A stretch of DNA of 64,000 nucleotides from Lingula anatina. Its lineage: Eukaryota > Animalia > Brachiopoda. Each line of letters begins with the position of its first letter. Positions within the stretch are counted from its first letter, which is position 1. The DNA lies in assembly GCA_051362555.1 (NCBI GenBank), contig CM120648.1, positions 8,800,587 through 8,864,586 on the forward strand, given 5' to 3'. Shown here one piece after another: positions 52,001 through 62,700 of the stretch. Under the pieces are notes generated by a model, which was given only the letters and a program-made list of their open reading frames with translations, did no database searches and was not told the DNA's origin. The position numbers were made by a program, and so were the translations under genes.

Positions 52001-53702
52001 AGGTGTGGAAGTGTGTTAGATGTGACATTTGAGTGTGCTTGGTTGAGACAGAGTGGGATGCATATGAAAGTACATAGGTGAAAGTATTTCAGTACTACTT
52101 CAGTGAACCTTGGTGAAAACTGCATTCAGTGTTGAAAACAATATATGCAGCTTTCCACATCCAAACAATGTGATAATTATATGAAATTGGTTAATAACAA
52201 TGGTCTGACATTGGAAATCCCGTAAAAATTAATTTCCAGAAAGTTGACGACAAAGCAACCATACAAACTTCAACCAGAAATTGTCCAGTTTACAAATATA
52301 AGAAAAACAGAAAATACAGGGAGTGTGTGCTGCCTCCATGTGATTCACAGCAAATACATTCCTTCTCTTCTCTTGTTTATGTCATAAGGACCATTCAGAT
52401 CGAGAAGGGCTGAGTGCTAGCAAGGCCGCAAACTAAATATGGCGGACCTACATGAAAGGAAGACCGCTTAATCCTGTAATGGTCTCTCTGCCTCTCACAC
52501 GCCTCCCCACATGTCGATTCTCCACCGGTTGAATTGAGCCGAGATTTAATTACTTCCTTTCATGTAGGTCCCCCATATTTAGTTCGTGGCCTAGCTAGCA
52601 CTCGGCTCTTCTTGATCTGGATGGTCCCATATATGCCCATTGCTAGGAACCATCCACAGCTTACTTACAATTAGATCAAGTTAGCTGTCTATGATAAAGC
52701 AATACACTAAATCAAGTGGCTAAGATGGGTTGACTTAAGATGGACCTACTTAAATTGACTCTAAATACACCTTTTGAAATCAAATAACAAGCAATTTCAT
52801 TGTCCATTGACAAAATGGACAATTTCCAGTTCATGTTTATATGGTTTGGAGGAGCACCAGGGTTCTAAATATAATAATTATTTATTATGCTGAGTAAGGC
52901 TTTTCTCATGCTGTATGTGTAAACTATGGGGCATGTCAGAGGAATTATAATCTGAACAAAGATAAGAGCTGAAAACATGACAACTTTTTCAGTACCAGTT
53001 GGTTACAGCACATAACAATAAACATATTTCTTTTCAATCATAAATAAACTTGATACTGCCCACAAAATCCTAAATTATAATAACTGAGATGATAAAATTC
53101 AGAAAGTAAAATATGAAATACATGTAAGCAATGGTAACTTAAATGACAGAATAAAATAAAATGGAGAAGAAACATATTATTAAAATGTCATTAAGCCCTT
53201 CTGACATGAATTACGGAAAATATATTGAAATTTCAAGTATTTTACTCACATTTCATTCATTCATTTTATTCAATTTTGAAAAATAAATAAAAGACAATTG
53301 AAATGTGAATCATGCATGCCAGTAGATAAAGTAAGCAAATCAAATGAGCAAGATTAAAAAATATAAGAGGAAAAAACACATGTATTCTGAAGGTTTGGGG
53401 ATCAATTGTAAGAGGTTGAATCAAAAAGGATATAAATTATTATAATTTTTTTTTTTGGCAACTTATGAGATATAAAATGACGGTGTATCATCTTCCCAGC
53501 ATCCACAAACACAACAAAATAATCCTTACATAATAAAATACTCCAGTTTACAAATTTTATGTTTACTTTGATGTAATGTAACTCAAAGCATTACAACTGA
53601 ATTACCCAGTAAGTCTTTCTGGGTGTGGATGTCATAATCATATATAATCATACATACATACATTTCATGCAACACAATAGAATTATAAATATCCAGTTGA
53701 AT

Positions 53703-53752
<50 letters not shown>

Positions 53753-56700
53753 TTCAAGCAACCACTAAGTACAACATCAATTATATATGAACAATAATGC
53801 GTACAACATCCCTTTCCCAGGGTTCCAAACATTTTACCGAGACAAAGCTCCCGATCTTTCTCTGATATGACCCTGATGGGAGTGAATAATTTAAAATCAA
53901 GATTTAGACCTATTTCTTGCTTTAAACATCTTCAATATACAGCTCTTGTAGGCCCTAAGACATAAACAATTGTTGTTTGGTATGGTCAAAAGCTGAGAAA
54001 GTCTGACCAAACAAAAATTTGCTGATTCTTTTCTGATTTGAAAAACTTTTTGGAAGTCCCTGACTGAGAAAAGGGGAAGTAATTTTTGAGGTTTTACCCC
54101 AGTTCTCAGGTAGGCTAGAAAGCCTGCGTCCTACTTTAAAAAAAAAGCATGCTCTTAACAGCGGTCAATTGCAGCATGCTACATGCTTTAAATCAAAATG
54201 TGCATTGTGTCATGAGTGAAACCCCCAAACTGCTCTTTTATTTGATGTTTAGGTCAAAGTAAACCCAACGCATGCAACCCAATTTTAAATGAAAATTTGC
54301 ACAAATAGCTAGACCACAAAAAATTCTAGATAAAATTTCACAAACAAAAAGTTGTGCCTATAGTTTGTGATTCATTGTCTTCTCATTTGTCTGTCCAATT
54401 TAATATTTTTATTTGTTAAAAAAATATCTACTCTTGACAAGGAGATTCCTACTGAAACAGTAAAAAATTAATTTTTCCTTGATTCTAGTGTGCTGGTCAA
54501 TCCCCTAAACTAACTATCATAAACCATTTCTAAATTATTCTGTGAATGAAAATGAAATAAAATCACATTAATAAAGTGAACATAACACATACACATATAC
54601 ACACACACACATACACCCATGCACACATGCAAGTTTGCCAACACTGTCCATTCCTGTGTATTCTAAATATTCTTTTGGTTCTTTTGGTTCTTTTTCAGAG
54701 GCGGATTTAGGCCGACTTCTGGGTCTTCTGGAAGACGGTCAGATTTTCAAGTTTACAATGACGGGTATCTAATTTTTTCTGTCGGAAGACTGTCAAAAGT
54801 GGAAAGTGGATCAATAAAGATAATTCTGAAGCCTGTCACAAAATATCTCTCTATCCGCCCCTGTTATTCATATATATATAAGTGTGTATTTACAATGAAA
54901 CTATCAGAATAGTTAGATCAAACTAACTCTGCAGGGACTGTTTCTGAATGCAATCAAATTGACAGATTAACATGCTGCCTCTTGTCTGAACATATGTATA
55001 ATGATCACCTTTTCTGTATTCTACTACATTGCCAGGTAAAGGTGTAATACTTTTAATCTGATTGTATTCAGCAAGAGTCCCCACGGAGTAAGTTTGAAGT
55101 GCCTAGTACAATAGCTTTATTGTGAATGCACCATAATTCTTCTGTTGTCAGGCCAAAAGACAAACACATTTCTATGAACAATTTTGCTGGCATACCTGAA
55201 TATGACATACATCAATACAAAGCATATTAAGTTACCTATCATTCCTTCACTAGTTTCTGGGAGCGCAAGATGAATAATTTGGTAATAATTGTTTTTAGAC
55301 TAATATGAGACTTCTGTTTAACTGAACTGTATTAAAAACAACTACGTTAAAAGGTGGTGTTAGGATGGATTGGCTTGAAACTGTTCAAACTGATTTGAAT
55401 TTATGAAAAAAAAAACATTTTAAAAAATCAGCACATTAAAAGTGTTTTTCTGAAAAGACAGCACTGTGACAGTCTTCCATTGATTCCCGTGAACATCACA
55501 ACATGATGCATTATTTCTAATCTACCAAAATAAATACAATATCTAACAAAACATACAATACCAAACTTCGTTCTACAACTATTCAACGCAACAAACAGCA
55601 ACACATATATCATATGGACAAATACTATATCTACTACTACTATTGGGTTGGTCAAATTGATTCCATCCAAGCAAATTAAACAAAATGATGATGCATTTAT
55701 TCTTATATGTCATGTACAATAATTATCAATATGCACCTCCAATAAACAAAATGTCATTGTATTGTCATGATATATAACTTTCATGTGAGTTACACATTCA
55801 CAAGCAAATTTTGCCACTAATTCCACACCATAACAACCAATGGACATGAATGGGAACCTACAGGCAGAGATTGACTGCCAACTTTCAATTTCAACACTTT
55901 TTTATGTAAAAAAAAGAAACTACCAATAAGAATGTGAAATATGCCATGTACACATGGTCATCAGTCCCCATTACACACATGCTTCTGTAAAATGCTTAAA
56001 AAATTTGTTAAAATACACAACAATGAGCAATTGGAAATGGTGCAAAAATTATGGTGAGAACTTACCACATGCGCCCTGCCTACGGACATGTATTGGTGTC
56101 CTCTTTCGACAAGATTCCAACTGAAGTTCACACTCATTGTTGTAAGTTATGCCGTCTGTGCCACATACTTTGTTGGTAGTCTGTAAAAAAATTAAAGAAA
56201 GTAAGCTTGAATGGAAGTTAAATTGGTACAGCTGATATACAGTACAAGTATATAGTACACGCCTTCGCTGCAGGGGCCTAGCAATTAAACCTCGGAGCTG
56301 AGATTTGATCTGTTTAATAGCACGTGTGGAGGTGGGGAGACTATTGGAAATCAGTGGCATTGCTTTTGAAGTGGGGTTGGCCATATTTAGTTAGCAGATC
56401 AGTTAGTTCTCGGAACACCTATTCTGAGTGGCCCCTAACAGAGCATCTTCATCAGGGAATGTGGCTATCCAGTTGAATAGCCTCCATTCAGGAAATATAC
56501 ATGCCATTTAATAAAAAGTAGAGGTCCAATTTGACTAGAGACACGCCATGTAATAAGAAGCAGCGGCCCAATTTGACTAGAAATATGCCTTGTACTGACC
56601 TGCTGACAGTCCTCCTGACACAAACATTTGGCATTGCCCCTGCTGTCGGCCACACAGATAGAATTAAACTCACACTCCGGGTTAGGACCACAACCAGCTG

Positions 56701-59700
56701 TAAGAAAAAAGACATTATAAAATAATATCTTATCAAAATATATATCATATAATCAAACATAATATTATGTATCATAATGTAAAAAATACATATCATATTA
56801 TCACATATATTTTATATAAAATAAATTGAATAAAATAATGCTGTTCCAGTAGCATCATCAAGGCTATAGTTTTATTTTTCGATTCAGGCATTTAACAAAT
56901 CCAAAGCAAAGATAAGGATGCAACATACTGTATTTCCTTCGTTTATCTTTATAAAATGCTCCAGTTACCTTTGCAAATTTTAAGTAAACAACATAAAATA
57001 TTTGAAATATTTTGCCAATTCATAAAACATAGCTATGCTTAAAGATTTTAGATAATATGGCATATCATTTCCTATGTGGCTAGGTGTTTGCTAACTTGTG
57101 CCACATAATAGCCTAACAACTTTCTTAAACTTTAGAGAAACTCTAAAGAAAAGAAAAGAGAACAAAAAAGTTATTTCCGTGCACCTTGCCTGAAACCACC
57201 TTTTAAATAAATAATCACTGACTGTGTCTTTGTCAGAAATCCCACTGCTGAATATAATATTTTCCATCAGGTTCCATCATCTCCATAGAGGTGGATATTT
57301 GTGGAATTCAGTTCTGACTACTTAAAAATGTGAAATCATGAAAGATCACATCTTTCATTTGATCAATGATGAAATTTGGAGAAAATACCTATTAGAGGAA
57401 AAAAAAATACCTGTCACAGTCACAGTTTGAAAAGCTCTTACTAAAGTTGCTACTGTACACAATTTATTTACTCCTAGAAATTTGTTCAAAAAGTTGATTA
57501 TTGCCCTGTACTAACCAATAATGTTAAGACACAGCAAATCCAATGTCACAGATTAACCTACACTATTTTGATAAGACACACTTTGCTATTAAAATACCAG
57601 GTTACCACATGTGATGGGTGGCAAGAAGATGTGACATGGAAAAACATGTCAGGACAAAAGATGTGACATTCTATAAAAATGTGACACTGTTATAAATGTG
57701 ACATAGTGACAAAAATATGACATGGTGACAAACATGATGTAGTGACAAATACATAACATGGTGACAAATGTGATATGTGGATAAATGTGATAAGGTGACA
57801 AAAATGTTTAGTTATGGTAACAATGTGATAAAGCAACAAAAATATGACACGATGATGAACTCATGCATGTTATAGTGACAAAAGGGACACCCCAATCAAA
57901 TACCTATCAAGATCACAACATGAGCATGGCAATCCTCAATGTGGAAACACACACAGTGACAAATTTCAATGGAAAGGTGACAGTTGTGCTAGTGAAATGA
58001 TAAAAAAATACCTAGGGGTGGAGGGGTGGTGGTCTGATATCCCTCATCATGTAAACTGAAGACTGTAGTGGGAATCACTATAAAACCAATGAACACAAAC
58101 ACATTAAAATAATCTTGCACAATAAAATGATTACATATGATCCCTTTTAGAGCCAAAAACTTCAGTTATATTTACAAAATATTACCTCCAATATAATCAT
58201 GTTTTACTGTTTGTTTTCTCAAATTTTGAGATGAAAATAATATTTTTTCATTTCTATCCGTTTTTGACACTAAATACTAACTGTTCCAACTGAAAGACTT
58301 GGCTTTCTGCCAAGTCGTGCAGCTGTGGTTTGGCTTATTCAGGTTTAATTACACTAAAAGAGATCAGAGAACCATTTTATTAATTCACAATGAACCACAG
58401 AAATATTCATAGTTTCATTTTGTTAAATGCTTGGTGATTGGATCTAGGCATACAATATATAATACATAAAAAGAAAAAGACTCAAGTCATGAAAACTGAA
58501 ATTTCCCCGAATGAATAAAAGTCCCTTGTGCCATGCAAAATATCATTTTTCACATATCATATCCAAGTTATCTAACCTCCCTTTGAGCTGGTGCATGGTC
58601 ATTTTATTTATCTCTTCATCAATTTTGCAAAAGCGTTTCATCATTATTAACATTTACCTGGGAGGAGAGTGAAAACATGAAAGCATGATTACACCAGAAA
58701 GTACAGCCTGGAAGTTGAGTCAAGTACTTAAAAAACATCAGAATATGTCCCTTAAATCCAACACGAAATAAACCCCCCCTCAGATATATCAACAAATTAT
58801 TATCAGGTTACGTGTTTTCATGCAACCCTTACAGCTATTTATTTGCAAGGATACCTAAGTACTGAAAATTGGCAAATATCTCAATCATTGCTTGAACAGT
58901 GAATGACAGATGCAAGATGGGTATCACTTTTTCAGAAAGGGGTGTTATACTTAACTAAAGGGATATGGTGTAAGATTTTAAAAAGTCATGACATTATTAA
59001 ACGATATAAGGTAACCTAATTTATTGCCTCCATAAAACCTTGCCACCTATTTACCACATTGAAAAAGTTTTGAATTGCTTTTAAGACAGGGAGGTCAGAG
59101 CTCCAAATGATGGTGGAATTTGAAATCTATGCTTAAGCCTGGGTTAAGGACTTTTTTGCATATTTCCAGGTTTTTAATAGATAGGGCAAGTATCACACAA
59201 GGAGGACCAAAGGTTGGTCAGTTAAAGGAAAATAGTTTACGCCCAGAAATTTTGTTAAATATCAGTTTTTTGAGGGAAAGTGTAATACTGAGCATCCTTT
59301 CATGATGCATAAGCATGATACTGTCCCCTTTTCTCTACCCATTTCTTAAAGAAAAATTTTGCAATGTTTAAACATACAAATAATTAATTATCATCAAGTT
59401 ACATGTAACCATGCAACAGACATATTTTGATGCTTTTTGCCTTGTGTGCAAGGTATTCTACATGCAAAATTGCTTTCAAACAAAACCCTAATTTCCATCG
59501 AATTGTTTTCATGGAGCCAAAAGAACACTGTATCCCTATAAATGTCTCTTCATCCAATAAATTGTCTAAGGCTGTATTCCCAGAGCTTTTAGATCGATCT
59601 ATCCCTGTGGGGAGTCTCACTAGATTACTGTCAGATAATCCAGCTTAAATGTCCGTCCCGCCTACTACAAGCTGTAAGGGGGTAATTAACTTTCGTGTCC

Positions 59701-62700
59701 GCCCGGCTGACAGCTATTTAGCGTGAACCCCCAGGGAGTTAGGTTGATCTAAAGTAGATCGATCTAATCTCTGGAAATGGGGTCTAAAACTGCTGGGTCA
59801 TATAAATCATAAACTGGTGAAGATAATATATTTTTCATTTCTTTTAAGAAAATTTCATTTCTAGAGTTTGGAAAAGGATGCCAAAAACTTCGAATTTTAT
59901 TACTTATAAAGACAAAGACAATTAAAATATTTGTAGTCCCAATTTGAAGATGGGGCACATTCAAAGAAGTAAAAGAGTATAGCCTTTTTTTACACAAAAA
60001 AAAAAAACTTAGCTTTGGTATTGTTATTATTAAACCATTTAACTATCTTTTCTGCAATGAACTTTGCAGGAATAAAGGTTAGTTTGCCCAACTCATGGCT
60101 TTGCAATTGTTTAGCTACCAGTTCATTCCAATAAGTGTAGTTGGCAACAGATATAATGAAAACAACTGTGTTGACTTAGCATTATAATTCAATCATCATA
60201 CAATAGGGCAAACCAAATACCCAATCAGTTAATAATTATCTCCCTGAAAGACAAATTCCCTAAAAGACATACTTAAAGAGTGCAGTTCCTGGAAAGGTTA
60301 CATTACTGTGATGAGAAAGAAGTTCCCAGAGAAAATATATTCTCACAGAGAGCAATTCTGTGGACATTTCTTCTAACTGTTGGTGTATTTAAGGCAATTC
60401 CCAAATAGACCTTCTGTCAGAGTGCAATTTCTGGACAAAAATTACCAGTAGTCAATTTTCACTCCTCAAATCTTCCATTTCATCACATAATAAACAGACC
60501 GGATCCCTGTTATCTGTACTTTGTGATATAGTTTTTCAGCCTCCCTTTCAAGGAAGTCCCAAATGAGTTCAAGCAGACAATTTGAAAGGCAAATGAAATT
60601 TACATTTCCTTGAGAAGGACGTGGATTAATCTGATAAAACTTCACGTATCCAGTGGAATATATCTAGACAACCACAAGTAAAACTCACTTTAAATCATAT
60701 ATATCCTTTACCTTTATGTTAGTTATATTTTACAGTTCTATTCTCTAGCACATACGGTAATGACTTAATCTTTTCAATAGGAAATATTATCAATATTTCA
60801 GATACATAAACTATGAAATCATTAATATTAATATTCTGTATAGAATTTTTGTGCCTTCACTATGTGCTTCCAATATCAGGTAGCCTGCTTATCAATTTTT
60901 TGCTACAACTCGACAAGAATGTGTTAATTTTTAGAATTTATGATTAAAAAAATTACAGTATTTGTACAATTCACAATTTCCTCAATTGAAAGATCGAGGC
61001 ACTACAGTAAAACTCTTGGAAAATCAAGCTGTTTTGCTGGCAAAGCACATATATCCATCACCCATGTAGTATACCCGGTAAAACAAATAAATTGAGAAAT
61101 GCTACTCAATATCAATTTACTAGCACTCTCTCTCTCTCTCACTCTCTCTCTTTCTCTCTCACTTGCTAAAAGCCAGCCCTGCTCCCAAAAGTGCACACAG
61201 CGGGGATTAAATGAAATGTAAGCTAGAGAAACTTTGCAAAATCTAATTACAATCCCAAATAAGATGGATCTATTTCAGGGTGTTATTTTGGATAGGGAAG
61301 GAAAACCGCTCCAACTGTTTCTTTTATCTTCTATAAAACACCCAAATAGACCAAAATCAATCAGGTTCTCAACTTCGCCAGTCCCCAGGGGGAGCCACAT
61401 AAGGGAATGCTCCAAATATATCATACAGAATAAGAGAGCCATCAAGTTAAATTGCAGTGACACATTACGTTCAAAAATGTGAATATTACAATACAGTAAG
61501 TTCAATACAATACTTCAAAAATTAAAAAAAAAGCAAAAAAATGGATCCGACTGCAAAAAATATACAACAGAATGTACAAGCATTATAGCCATTTGATTTG
61601 ACTTTGCTACATTCTGTGTAGTGAAGATATCATATATATATATGATATCTGCTTTTGTGGTATGAAGATATCATATATATATATATATATATATAATGTG
61701 TAGTACGTCCTATACATCTTATCACCTATCTCAACCTTAGTCTACAAAGTAAGTATTCTCATATTGACTAATTTCCCAAGGTAGAATTTCAACAGGATAA
61801 TCAAATTCTAGTATTAACTCATAACTCAGTTTTCAACATTACTAGGATTGCAATTTCATGTTCTGCCACATTCACTGTTCCTTAATGTAAGGGCTCCGAG
61901 TTTAAGTGCCGGAATCAGAGTGGAAATCTACATCTGGGACAGCAAGGGATTTCCAGAAGAGTCACGAGTACTAAAAGCATTGGGGGTGGATAGAACTGCA
62001 TAAAAACTTTGAATGAAAAATGTCCACTTTGTGTAGTCAGAAGAACACTGTGTGTGTGTGTGTGTGTGTGTGAGAAAGAGAGAGAGAGAGTTTAGATAAG
62101 ATATACTATATAACTGTTTACTAATAATAACTGAAGTATCACTAGGAGCTAGGTAACAATTACACAAAAGGCATTCCAAGTAAAACAATATTTCATTGGA
62201 GACTGTAATTCATTGATCTTCAAATCCAATCTGCCATTCATGTATAAAATGTGTCAAAACTGCTTGGAAATAAGAGATAATATTCTATGCATGAGTGACC
62301 GTACCACTGATGAGATATTTGCATGAAAGCAGAACAGGGATGGGCCGAGAATTGCGAAGCTGGAACATGCCCGAGGACAGTTTTCAGCGTGTCATTTCAA
62401 GCTAGTTGATTTTATATACGCAATGACTCTCAACATTCAGGCACATCACTGGATGAACCCACTTAATATGTTGTAATGTTACTAAGCTGTTAGTTCATGG
62501 TCTAGTAGATTTCCATGCAATGACTCTTGTCATTTAGGCATATCTTTGGCACCAGTGCAACATGCTGACAAACGAATAACCAGAGATATGTCTCTATTCC
62601 AAGAAAAATGAAAACTCTCAGACCCTTTTAACTATCAATCGAGACAAAGAGGATAAGCACTCGCTATAACCTATATCACCTCTTCTCTTACTGTAATCCA

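Noticed and set aside
57600-57900. Degenerate TGTGACA-rich tandem tract (similar ATGACATCA tract at ~49370-49500)
   Set aside because: Low-complexity decayed minisatellite with no fixed period or coding signal
61932-61995. Exon-like segment ([20 protein letters not shown]) in an agrin intron
   Set aside because: 64 nt, not frame-preserving, and read-through meets a stop at once; at best a poison exon
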